64,000 nt of DNA, from NCBI GenBank assembly GCA_038087875.1, contig CM075999.1, positions 248,001 through 312,000 of the forward strand, written 5' to 3'. Source of the stretch: Malacoraja senta (taxonomy: Eukaryota). The position numbers were made by a program, and so were the translations under genes. Shown piece by piece: positions 1-12,981 of this stretch (positions are counted from its first letter, which is position 1; every line of letters begins with the position of its first letter). The notes below the pieces were generated by a model. The model worked only from the letters and a program-made list of their open reading frames with translations, was not told the origin of the DNA and searched no databases.

Positions 1-3000
1 AGCAGAATAATTTAATTTCAATCTGCACCGTTTCGCATGATCCCTCCCCTCTTGCTCCCTGTTTTCCCAAAGCTCATGAATACAACTTTTACTTTGTTTC
101 TGGCTCAGTGCTTTCTTTCCTTCCTCCTTCTATAATTCAACAGTTCTCCCCTCAACCTCTGACGTTCCTGAGAAAACAACCCAAGTTTGTCCAACTTTGC
201 CCAACAGAAAAAACAAAGTAAGTTTGTCCAACTTCTCCCCGTAGTTTATAGCCTCTAATCTAGGCAGCATCCTGATAGCCGTTATCTGCACCCTCTCTAA
301 ACCCCCCACAACTCTTCCTGTAATGGTCGATCAGAACTGTGCACGGTACTCTCAATGTGGCGTTACCAAAGTTTTATAGAGGCTACAACAGGACTTCCTG
401 ACTCTTACACTGAACGCCCCAGTTCTTCATATATCTTCCTTCATTTTTCCTCGGTCTTGCGATTCCGCTACTTTAGCCGTGAGCGAGACAGCACAGAAAC
501 AGTCCCTTCAACCCACTGAGTAACCCCTTCAACCCAACCAGTAATCACCCCGTACACTAGCGCTATCCTACACACTCGGGACAATTTACAATTTTACCAA
601 AGCCAATTAACCTATAAACCTGTACGGTTTGGGAGGAAACTGAAGCTCCTGGAGAAAACCCCATGCAGGTCACGGGGAGAATGTACAAAATATGTACAGA
701 CAAGCACCCATAGTCAGGATCAAACCCGTGTCTCTGGCGCTGAAAGGCAGCAACTCTTCCACTGCATCACTGGGCTGCTCAAAGATTAATTTCAAGTCTA
801 CTCAATTTAAACACAATTCTACTTTTAATCAAAGATTAATTTCTTTAACCGCCTGATCAGGTAGATTAGCACTTTGTATTTTTTTAATGGAGAAGCAGTA
901 ATGCTCCATAAGTGAGTAAGTTAGATTTGCCAAGGATCTTCGTAAATATGGCAGATGTCCGCATGTTTTCATTCGTGTCTTCTGCCTGGAATCCTGCCCG
1001 ACCCGAGGATAGTGTCCTCAAGCCCCAGGATTTTTACATTGTCTATTGAGCAACAATGAGCAGGGAGGTGGGAGCAACAGGATTGGGGATGGAACAGATA
1101 GCTGGGTGCTTCTGTCACCTGTCTCCTCCATTCTTCCTCTTTCAGATGGAGTCACAAAGCTTTGGGTCGGCGAACCGGGCTTCAAAGCTGCACTTGATGT
1201 GTGAATGTTTTGTGTTTTTGAAATTATCCACAGTTGGCTGGCAGGTTGTATCTCAAATGCCTGACATGGCTGGCAGCACCATTAAAAGGTTTGACATGAT
1301 AAATGTTTCTGAGCCTCCTCTGGATATTCCACTCAGTCATCATTTCAAGAACATGGAATCACATCCTGACAGCAAGTAGTGAAATTGTGGGCACCTGGGA
1401 CAGTTAATCTCTCATGCATGGCTCATCTTACTCGTTGCAAATGTGCATTAATTTCAGACTTTATAATCTCACACTTGGTAAAGCGATTTAATAATCTTGC
1501 CTGATTGTGCCACCCTGAAAACATTTACTTTTAGATATTAAGAACTCCCCTCTCACAGTGCATTTTGCTGAACATTTTCTTCATTCTCTCCATCCCTTCA
1601 AGCAACCTTTCGTTCCCCATTTGCATCAATTGAACAGAATTGCACGGAAACAGGCCCTTTGGCCCAATGAGTCTATGTTGACCATTGATCACCGTTCACC
1701 TTAATTCTATGTTACCCCACCTTCTCACCCACTCCTACACTCTAGGGGTAATTTATAAAGGCCAATCAACCTACAAAGCTGCATGTCTTGGGATGTGGAA
1801 GGAAACCAGAGAACTCGGAGAAAAACCATGAGTGTTTCACCCACAACCCACCCTTTTCCCCCATGGTAGAAATGTCCAACATTAGAGGGCATAGCTATAA
1901 GATGAGAGGGGGAATGGAGATGTGCAGATATATATATTTTTCATTTCACACAGATGGTGGCGGGGGCCTGGAACACACTGTCAGGGTTGATGGTGGAGGC
2001 AGGTATGGCAGTGGCGTTTAAGAGACTTTTAGATATTATCACAGGGAAGTGCAAAGAATAGATGGATCATGCACAGGAAGATGAGATCATGTTCAGTACA
2101 AATGTTGTGGGCCAAAGGGGCCGCTCCTGTGCTGCATTGTTCTGTGTTCTACGTCACAGGGAGAACGTGCAAACTCCACATAAACAGCTCCTGAGGTCTG
2201 GGTTGAACCCCAGTCTCAAGCGCTGTGAGGCAGCAGTTCTTCCAGCTGTGAGGTTCCTCCCTGATTCTTAATTTCCACGCTAAGCTGCTGATGCAGTTGG
2301 TTGCATTAAAATTCACAAGGGGACCATCTTCCATAATATCCTCCCTTCAACAGTTCTCTCCTTTCCACTGCAAATTTGTCTCGCCATATAAAAGCACTAT
2401 TTTTTACTCAATTAAATTCTCTTTTGGTTTTTAAATGTATTTATTGACACCCAAGTGCATGTCTTTTCCATCAGCTATGACTCTTCAGCTGCGACCCAAC
2501 TGTCCATCTGTCCAGCAAGTATTGAACACAATTAGCCTTAAACTCAACACATGCAAAGACATTCTTGATCAACTTCACACAAAATACTTGTAACGGTGCT
2601 TACTCCATCCATGCAGACAACCTACTTGGGGTGAAACTTAGCGTCCAATTCAACCCCGATCTAAGTTACATACACCACCGATAATCACCATATGGCCAAC
2701 ACTTGCTGACTTTACACATTTGCCTTTCTCTCTCCGCTCGATCTCTGGTGACACAAGGATTCCATCACTGTCAGACTCGGATTGTTCAAAGTTCTCCATG
2801 CTGACTGGCCAATGGCAGCCCTTCAGAAATTGCAACTCATTTAAACCATGTTTTGCAACACTGTGCATCCAGTGTTGCAAAACATGGTTTAAATGAGTTG
2901 CATTCTCCCCTTCATTTATGGACCTACCAGTCATCCTACCTTCATGTACAGACTCCTCTCCAAACCCCTTGGTCTTGCCTTCTCTCCGTCTTTCCATGAA

Positions 3001-4391
3001 TGCTAGATCCAAGCTCACCTCTTCCATCGGACCTTTAATGACTGGTTGTCTTTGTCACTCTGGAGTGTTTACTCCTGTGTTTATGATCATAGAACACAAA
3101 ACAGTACAGCACAGAAACAGGTCCATTAATCCACCATGTCCGCACCGACCATGATGCCAGTCTAACCACTCCCATCAGCCCGGTCAGGATAATGTTCACG
3201 TGCCTGTCTAAATGCCTCTTAAACAACGCTATTGTATCTGTTTCCACACTTGCCCTGGCAATGCATTCCAGGCGCCTACCATTCTCGATGTAAAAAACTT
3301 GTCTTGCTAATCTCCTTTAGACATTTCCACTCTCACCTTAAGCCCAGGCCCTCTAATATTTGAGATTTCCACCCTGGGGGAAAAAGACTGACCCTTATCA
3401 ATGCCTTTCACAATGTTATATAATCCAATCACGTCTCCTCTCGGCCTCTTTGGCTCCAGGCAAAATAGAGCACGTTATTCCAAATTCTCCTTATAGGTAA
3501 TACACTACAATTGAGACAAAATCCTGGTGAACCTCTTCAAAACCTCATCCTTCCTGTACAATGGCCACCAAAACTACGATGACCCAGATGCGTACTAACC
3601 AACAGCTGCATCAGGAATTGCCAACCTTTACACTCCAATGGCCCAACCAATGAAGGTATGCACGTGGCATGTTAGCACCCTGCCCACTTGTGCTCTGAAT
3701 TTCAGGGAACTGTAGATTTGCCACAAGATCCCTATGTACACCCTAAACGTTATGTTTCAGAAGCATCTTATGTTTAAACTGCTGGGATAGGCAGGCTTGC
3801 TATTCCAATTTCTGGATGGTGTTTATGACATTGCAAAGTCTTTGTATTTTACTGATTTTGGAAGACAATGTCTCCTTTGTGTCTCAGCTGCTTGCACAGC
3901 TGTTAATGCTGGCGCCCCAATGAAATATGCTGGAAGGATATGTAAATGGAAATTAAATATTCACCCTGCAGCACAACATTCCCCATTTCACATGGAGCAG
4001 AAGGCATCGAGTGCTTTGCAGGAGAACAGTATATTATCAGCGTCAGCACACACACACCGACAATCACAGGGCCAGAAATTACCTGCAGCGCTTATGAATA
4101 TTTAACACATTGATGTCACATTAGTGTCTTTGCTCTTTCAGTGAGCCATCAATCCAGTGAAATAAATAATGAACGTTACCCTTGTGATGTGGGACACACT
4201 CGCTGGTCGGCAGGAGGATGGGAGAGGTTGATTGGGGGTGGGGGGGGGGTGGGGGGGTGGGGGGGTGGCAGGTAGTTTATGTGAAGCTGGCGGGTGGAGA
4301 GATGGGGCATGAGGAGTTGCTGAGAACTTGCGTTGAAATGGGAGTTCGGGGGAAGAATCAGAGGAGGGTACAGGAGCGAGTCCGATACATG

Positions 4392-4862
4392 AAGACACAA
4401 GGAACCACAGATGCTGGTTTACAAAATAAAAGTGCTGGAGTAACTCAGTGGGTCCGGCAGTATCTGTGGAGAACATGGAGAGGTAATATTTTGGGTTAGG
4501 ATCCTTTATGAAAATGGTGTAGTGGAGGACCCCCTCCACTAAGATTGAAGAGAGGTGGGGGCGGGACAAAGTTTTGCAAGTGAGGGTGAGTATTTTATTA
4601 GAAGATGGTTGGACAAAAGCCAGAGATGAAAAGACAAGAAGTGGGAGATGTGGTCAGTATAGAAGAGGCGCGAATTGTGAAGCCAGGGGAAGGAATATAC
4701 GGGGATGGGGAGGGGCAATGGTCCGCATTTCAATGGTGCACAGGGAAGATAGAGGTAAAAAGGTGGGGGGTGGGGACAGAGTAACGGGGTGTTCGTCGAC
4801 ACAAGGAACTGCGATGGTTAGTTACCTAAAACTAAAATTGGAGAATTCAATGTTCATACCAT
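4392..4862 (-). mobile_element. Degraded Penelope 3' fragment (duplicate at about 10610-11080)
   Basis: GMNIEFSNF end motif and pLTR tail (gatgctg..gagttactccagcac). Confidence 0.7.
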
Positions 4863-6225
4863 GTATTTTCCAATAAATGAAGGTTGCAGGAGTGAGGTTA
4901 CAAAAAGCTGGGAGAAACAAGGTTTGGACATGGTTACAGGCCCAGAGGGATGTAGGGCAATAGGACAGGCCCCTGGTTCTTGCTAGATCATTGTTAACCT
5001 TTCCCATCTCCCTCATGCCACCAGCTTAATCACACACACGCTGCAGTAATTTTACCCAACTGTTCATTCAGTAGCATGATTCCCTCCTTCTGTACACCCC
5101 CATTCAAGCCAAATTCGCTCACACTCCACTCTCAGGAAATCAATTTCAATATCCTCTTGCTCATCTTCAATCTCCTCCACTGCTGTGGAGAATCAGTTCA
5201 TCAAGCTCATTTATTACAAAAGATTAAGGTGATCAAAGGGTGTGGCGATAGTGCATGAAATTGCACTGAGGTTGAATCTTGATGAATGGCAGGTCTGATA
5301 AGATAGTTTGTATGGCTAATGTGTGTTCCTGTCCTATGTAGCCATTCTTGAGATATCCTTTTATGGATAGGAATGGTTTTGAGGGATGTGGGCCAAATGT
5401 AGGCAAATGGGACTTGCCCAGAATGCCAATTTGTTCAGTATGGACAAGATGGGATAAAGAATCTGCTTCCATGCAGCATAGATCTATGACTCTAAATAAG
5501 CAACATGAAATTCACACATGCATTGCAAACTCTGAAATGAAGAACCAAGTAGGTTCTTATCTCCCACTTCTTGTCTTTTCAGCTCTGTCTTTTGTCCAAC
5601 CATCTGCTAATAATGATTACATTACACTCATAATTAACATGATTGTCAAAAATACCTGTGGGATATTTGTACCATAAATGTTCAAAAATGTTACCTAATC
5701 AAAAATAAAATGTCTAACAACAGATAATATTGTACATAGATTAAATTCCATGCAGAATTGTTATTTTTCACTAATATATTCTAATCTACACACTTGTTTT
5801 AACTTTAAATTAACTTCAAATAAATATGATTCTATTACATTAAATTGATACTTTTATTTTCTTTAATATTAGGATCATATCAAATATTCTGTGTAAATAG
5901 TCACAATGCCTGTCTATATAAAACATGGAGCCAATCTGTAATTGCACAGGTTGTCAGGATAACAGCGCCTATGAATTATATAAATTGGAATCATATTAGC
6001 TGTTCATCTCGGTTCAATTTTACATTTCATTATCAAAATCTAATGTAAAACTTCAGTCTCGGAGGGGAAACATCTCAATATTTACCATTCGGAGGTCCAA
6101 GACCCCTTTATGTGAAGAGGGGAATAATCAGAGAAGAGTTCAAGTCCACAGTCAAGAATCAAGAGTGTTTACTGTCATATATCTTGAAATGGAATAATGA
6201 AATCCTTACTTGCAGGAGGAATTCG

Positions 6226-6756
6226 TAATTTGAGGAAGGATATCCTTGCTATTGAGGCAGTGCAGCGTAGGTTCACGAGGTTAATCCCTGGGATGGCAGG
6301 ACTGTCATATGAGGAAAGATTGGAAAGACTGGGCTTGTATTCACTGGAATTTAAAAGGATGAGAGGCGATCTCATAGAAACATATAAAAATAAAAGGACT
6401 GGACAAGCTAGATGCAGGAAAAATGTTCTCAATGATGGGTGAGTCCAGAACCAGGGGCCACAGTCTAAGAATAAAGGGGAGGCCTTTTAAAACTGAGATG
6501 AGAAAAAAACTTTTTCACCCAGAGTGTTGTGAATTTGTGAAATTCTCTGTCACAGAAGGCAGGAGAGGCCAATACACTGGATGAATTTAAAAGAGAGTTA
6601 GATAGAGCTCGAGGGAATAGCGGAATCAAGTGATATGGGGAGAAGGCAGGCACGGGGTTACTGATTGTGGATGATCAGCCATGATCACAATGAATGACGG
6701 TGCAGGCTCGAAGGGCCAAATGGTCTCCTCCTGCACCTATTTTCTATTTTTCTATG
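6226..6756 (+). mobile_element. CR1 3' fragment with (TTTCTAT)n-type tail (second copy at 12447-12981)
   Basis: RKDILAIEAVQRRFTRLIPGM..LGLYSLE motif; 3' UTR matches 56750-57270. Confidence 0.9.
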
Positions 6757-6924
6757 TAGGAGCACAACAGATATTTAAACGCAGTGGACATCATAGTAAA
6801 TGACAAAAATAATTTCAATATGTAAAAAACAAAGTACAATGACATAGAACTATGCTGCCAAGTCCCTAGTGCAATCAAGGTAGTTTGTAGTTCAGAGTTT
6901 AGTTGGAGTGGATATTTAATTGTC

Positions 6925-7580
6925 CTGAAAGTGACACAGAAGTAGATAGGGTGGTAAAGAAGGTGTATGGTATGTTTGCCTTCATCAGTTGGGGCATTGA
7001 ACATAAGAGTTAGAAAACAGGGCATTAGATAGACTGCATGTGGGGTATTGTGCATAGTTCTGATCACCCTGTTACAGGACCGATGTGTAGGCCTGTGTCC
7101 AGAAGAGGTTTACCGACGTGTAGGAGAGTGTGCAGAAGAGCTTTACCCCAATGCTGCCCTGGTTAGAGGGTATTAGCTATAAGGAGAAGTTGGGCAAAAT
7201 TGGATTGTGTTCTCTGGAGGTTGAGGGGAGACTTGATAGCAATATATACAATTACGAGAGGCATAGATAGGGTAGACAGTCAGAACCTTTATTCAGGATG
7301 GATGTTGGAGGGCATAACATTAAAATGAGAAGGTGAAAGTTTAAAGGAGATGTGCGGGGCAAGTTTTTTTTTTAAATATGGAGGATATGCAGCTAGGGGT
7401 GATGGTGGAGGCAGATACAATAGTGATATTTAAGCTTTCAGATAGGCACTTGGATATGCAGGGAATGGAGGGATATGGATTACTTGCAGACAGAGGAGAA
7501 GTTTTACTTTGGGATCATGTTTGGCACGGACATTGTGGGCCGAAGGGCCTGTCCCTGCGCTGTACTGTTTGTTGTTCTTT
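6925..7580 (+). mobile_element. Older degraded CR1 3' region (duplicate at about 13150-13805)
   Basis: CR1 C-terminal and 3' UTR motifs (gtgggccgaagggcctgt..ctgtactgtt). Confidence 0.8.
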
Positions 7581-8369
7581 GTCCTACGAATATGAGAAAT
7601 GGGTAACGGGTATGTGTTCATTAAACATTTAAAAAAATATAGGTTGAAAATACTCCAACAAGAACTAAGCAAACATTCAGCAAATTTCTATCTAAGATCC
7701 AAAAGCAAAATCAAAGAAGAAACGAGTTAAATAGCAGAATTAATCCAGAGTAATCCAGAGATGTGAGGAAACACAGAGAAGTACCAAATCTGCCTAATGT
7801 AGTGGAAATGTTAATGAGGTGCCGCTGAAAATAGATGATATATGTGCAGTTGAAAATGGATGACCTTCAGATAATAACAGAGGACTAAAGGTGGTACCTG
7901 AACGAGTTAATTGGAGAGACAGTAGACCAACTGCAGAGAATTGAAGGCAGACTTCAATGTAACAGCTTCATTCACGACAGGAAGATGTGTAGGTAATAAG
8001 AACAGATAGATACATTTTAGATGTTGGAGCTATTAGCATAAAAGGAATGATGCAATGCACTTAATGGGAAGATGGTGTTGCCCTAAATCAGAAATTCAAA
8101 CAACTGTGTAATGTACGCAAGAGGCCATGACTACATAGATAAAACGGAGCTCGTCATCCTGAAATATTGAGTCATTTTCTCTTATTGATGGTGTCTGAAC
8201 TGAAAAGCCTTTCCAGCAGTTTTAAATTTTATTTCACGGTATCAAAAGTTCATTTAACTGGCTCAGTGTAAGTGCCTGGGGACACGCACTATTCAAATAT
8301 TTAGAATGATTGATTTACCAGGATACAGCGTAGCATAACATTGAGAGAAATAGAGAGAGAGAGATACCC

Positions 8370-10311
8370 AGCTGGTGGGTGTTGTGTACAGGCCACCTAG
8401 CAGTGGTAGTGAAGTTGGGGATGGCATCAAACAGGAAATTAGAAATGCGTGCAACAAAGGCAAAACAGTTATAATGGGTGACTTCAATCTACATATAGAT
8501 TGGGTGAATCAAATTGGCAGGGGTGCTGAGGAAGAGGATTTCTTGGAATGTATGAGGGATAGTTATCTAAACCAACATGTAGAGGAACCAACGAGAGAGC
8601 AGGCTATTCTAGACTGGGTATTGAGTAATGAGGAAGGGTTAGTTAGCAGACTTGTTGTGCGTGCCCCCTTGGGCAAGAGTGACCATAATATGGTTGAGTT
8701 CTTCATTAGGATGGAGAGTGACATTGTTAATTCAGAAACAACGGTTCTGAACTTAAAGAAAGGTAACTTTGAGGGTATGAGACGTGAATTGGCCAAGATT
8801 GACTGGCAATTAGTTCTAAAAGGGTTGACGGTGGATATGCAATGGAAGGCATTTAAAGACTGCATGGTTGAACTACAAAAATTGTTCATCGCAGTTTGGC
8901 AAAAGAATAAATCAGGGAAGGTAGTGCATCCGTGGATAACAAGGGAAATCAGGTATAGTATCAAAGCAAAAGATGATGCGTACAAATTAGCCAGAAAAAG
9001 CAGCATACCAGAGGACTGGGAGAAATTCAGAGACCAGCAGAGGAGGACAAAGGGCTTAATTAGGAAAGGGAAAATAGATTATGAAAGGAAACTGGCAGGG
9101 AACATAAAAACTGACTGCAAAAGTTTTTATAGATATGTGAAGAGAAAGAGATTAGTTAAAACAAATGTAGGTCCCTTGCAGTCAGAAACAGGTGAATTGA
9201 TCATGGGGAACAAGGATATGGCGGACCAATTGAATAACTACTTTGGTTCCGTCTTCACTAAGGAAGACATAAATAATCTGCCGGAAATAGCAGGGGGCCG
9301 CGGGTCAAAGGAGATGGAGGAACTGAGTGAAATCCAGGTTAGTCGGGAAGTGGTGTTGGGTAAATTGAATGGATTAAAGGCCGATAAATCACCAGGGCCA
9401 GATAGGCTGCATCCCAGAGTACTTAAGGAAGTAGCTCCAGAAATAGTGGATGCATTAGTGATAATTTTTCAAAACTCCTTAGATTCTGGAGTAGTTCCTG
9501 AGGATTGGAGGGTAGCAAACGTAACCCCACTTTTTAAGAAGGGAGGGAGAGAGAAAACGGGGAATTACAGACCAGTTAGTCTAACATCGGTAGTGGGGAA
9601 ACTGCTAGAGTCAGTTATTAAAGATGGGATAGCAGCACATTTGGCAAGTGGTGAAATCATTGGACAAAGTCAGCATGGATTTACGAAAGGTAAATCGTGT
9701 CTGACGAATCTTATAGAATTTTTCGAGGTTGTAACTAGTAGAGTGGATAGGGGAGAACCAGTGGATGTGTTGTATCTGGACTTTCAGAAGGCTTTCGACA
9801 AGGTACCACATAAGAGATTAGGATACAAACTTAAATCACACGGTATTGGGGGTTCAGTATTGATGTGGATAGAGAACTGGCTGGCAAACAGGAAGCAAAG
9901 AGTAGGAGTAAACGGGTCCTTTTCATAATGGCAGGCAGTGACTAGTGGGGTACCGCAAGGCTCAGTGCTGGGACCCCAGCTATTTACAATTTATATTAAT
10001 GATCTGGACGAGGGAATTGAAAGCAACATCTCCAAGTTTGCGGATGACACTAAGCTGGGGGGCAGTGTTAGCTGTGAGGAGGATGCTAGGAGACTGCAAG
10101 GTGACTTGGATAGGCTGGGTGAGTGGGCAAATGTTTGGCAGATGCAGTATAATGTGGATAAATGTGAGGTTATCCACTTTGGTGGCAAAAACGGGAAGGC
10201 AGACTATTATCTAAATGGTGGCCGATTAGGAAATGGGGAGATGCAGCGAGACCTGGGTGTCATGGTACACCAGTCATTGAAAGTAGGCATGCAGGTGAGA
10301 CCACACCTGGA
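8370..10311 (+). mobile_element. Young CR1 (HER1-like) LINE, ORF2 endonuclease-RT portion, 5'- and 3'-truncated
   Basis: The 517-aa ORF has VIMGDFN, SDHN, KSPGPD, NYRPVSLTS and LDFQKAFDKVPH. After one TAA at 9926-9928 it continues with GVPQGSVLGP and KFADDTKL. Confidence 0.95.
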
Positions 10312-12446
10312 TATGAATATTTAACACATTGATGTCACATTAGTGTCTTTGCTCTTTCAGTGAGCCATCAATCCAGTGAAATAAATAATGAACGTTACCC
10401 TTGTGATGTGGGACACACTCGCTGGTCGGCAGGAGGATGGGAGAGGTTGATTGGGGGTGGGGGGGGGTGGGGGGGTGGGGGGGTGGCAGGTAGTTTATGT
10501 GAAGCTGGCGGGTGGAGAGATGGGGCATGAGGAGTTGCTGAGAACTTGCGTTCAAATGGGAGTTCGGGGGAAGAATCAGAGGAGGGTACAGGAACGAGTC
10601 CGATACATGAAGACACAAGGAACCGCAGATGCTGGTTTACAAAATAAAAGTGCTGGAGTAACTCAGTGGGTCCGGCAGTATCTGTGGAGAACATGGAGAG
10701 GTAATATTTTGGGTTAGGATCCTTTATCAAAATGGTGTAGTGGAGGACCCCCTCCACTAAGATTGAAGAGAGGTGGGGGCGGGACAAAGTTTTGCAAGTG
10801 AGGGTGAGTATTTTATTAGAAGATGGTTGGACAAAAGCCAGAGATGACAAGACAAGAAGTGGGAGATGTGGTCAGTATAGAAGAGGCGCGAATTGTGAAG
10901 CCAGGGGAAGGAATATAGGGGGATGGGGAGGGGCAATGGTCCGCATTTCAATGGTGCACAGGGAAGATAGAGGCAAAAGGGTGGGGGGTGCGGACAGAGT
11001 AACGGGGTGTTTGTCGACACAAGGAACTGCGATGGTTAGTTACCTAAAACTAAAATTAGAGAATTCAATGTTCATACCATGTATTTTCCAATAAATGAAG
11101 GTTGCAGGAGTGAGGTTACAAAAAGCTGGGAGAAACAAGGTTTGGACATGATTACAGGCCCAGAGGGATGTAGGGCAATAGGACAGGCCCCTGGTTCTTG
11201 CTAGATCATTGTTAACCTTTCCCATCTCCCTCATGCCACCAGCTTAATCACACACACGCTGCAGTAATTTTACCCAACTGTTCATTCAGTAGCATGATTC
11301 CCTCCTTCTGTACACCCCCATTCAAGCCAAATTCTCTCACACTCCACTCTCAGGAAATCAATTTCAATATCCTCTTGCTCATCTTCAATCTCCTCCACTG
11401 CTGTGGAGAATCGGTTCATCAAGCTAATTTATTACAAAATATTAAGGTGATCAAAGGGTGTGGAGATAGTGCATGAAATTGCACTGAGGTTGAATCTTGA
11501 TGAATGGCAGGTCTGATAAGATAGTTTGTATGGCTAATGTGTGTTCCTATCCTCCTATGTAGCCATTCTTGAGATATCCTTTTATGGATAGGAATGGTTT
11601 TGAGGGATGTGGGCCAAATGTAGGCAAATGGGACTTGCCCAGAATGCCAATTTGTTCAGTATGGACAAGATGGGTCAAAGAATCTGCTTCCATGCAGCAT
11701 AGATCTATGACTCTAAATAAGCAACATGAAATTCACACATGCATTGCAAACTCTGAAATGAAGAACCAAGTAGGTTCTTATCTCCCACTTCTTGTCTTTT
11801 CAGCTCTGTCTTTTATCCAACCATCTGCTAATAATGATTACATGACACTCATGATTAACATGATTTTCAAAAATACCTGTGGGATATTTGTACCATAAAT
11901 GTTCAAAAATGTTACATAATCAAAAATAAAATGTCTAACAACAGATAATATTGTACATAGATAAAATTCCATGCAGAATTGTTATTTTTCACTAATATAT
12001 TCTAATCTACACACTTGTTTTAACTTTAAATTAACTTCAAATAAATATGATTCTATTACATTAAATTGATACTTTTATTTACTTTAATATTAGGTTCATA
12101 TCAAATATTCTGTGTAAATAGTCACAATGCCTGTCTATATAAAACATGGACCCAATCTGTAATTGCACAGGTTGTCAGGATAACAGCGCCTATGAATTAT
12201 ATAAATTGGAATCATATTAGCTGTTCATCTCGGTTCAATTTTACATTTCATTATCAAAATCTAATGTAAAACTTCAGTCTCGGAGGGGAAACATCTCAAT
12301 ATTTACCATTCGGAGGTCCAAGACCCCTTTATGTGAAGAGGGGAATAATCAGAGAAGAGTTCAAGTCCACAGTCAAGAATCAAGAGTGCTTACTGTCATA
12401 TATCTTGAAATGGAATAATGAAATCCTTACTTGCAGGAGGAATTCG

Positions 12447-12981
12447 TAATTTGAGGAAGGATATCCTTGCTATTGAGGCAGTGCAGCGTAGGTTCACGAG
12501 GTTAATCCCTGGGATGGCAGGACTGTCATATGAGGAAAGATTGGAAAGACTGGGCTTGTATTCACTGGAATTTAAAAGGATGAGAGGCGATCTCATAGAA
12601 ACATATAAAAATAAAAGGACTGGACAAGCTAGATGCAGGAAAAATGTTCTCAATGATGGGTGAGTCCAGAACCAGGGGCCACAGTCTAAGAATAAAGGGG
12701 AGGCCTTTTAAAACTGAGATGAGAAAAAAACTTTTTCACCCAGAGTGTTGTGAATTTGTGAAATTCTCTGTCACAGAAGGCAGGAGAGGCCAATACACTG
12801 GATGAATTTAAAAGAAGAGTTAGATAGAGCTCGAGGGAATAGCGGAATCAAGTGATATGGGGAGAAGGCAGGCACGGGGTTACTGATTGTGGATGATCAG
12901 CCATGATCACAATGAATGACGACGGTGCAGGCTCGAAGGGCCAAATGGTCTCCTCATGCACCTATTTTCTATTTTTCTATG
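12447..12981 (+). mobile_element. CR1 3' fragment (duplicate of 6226-6756)
   Basis: Part of the tandem duplication. Confidence 0.9.

Noticed and set aside
2560..3050. 125-aa minus-strand ORF at 2650-3027
   Set aside because: At most a very degraded LINE endonuclease-like remnant (VIIGGVCN); cannot be supported as a gene or classified.
8375..9928. 517-aa ORF as a host gene
   Set aside because: CR1 ORF2 fragment, truncated at both ends.
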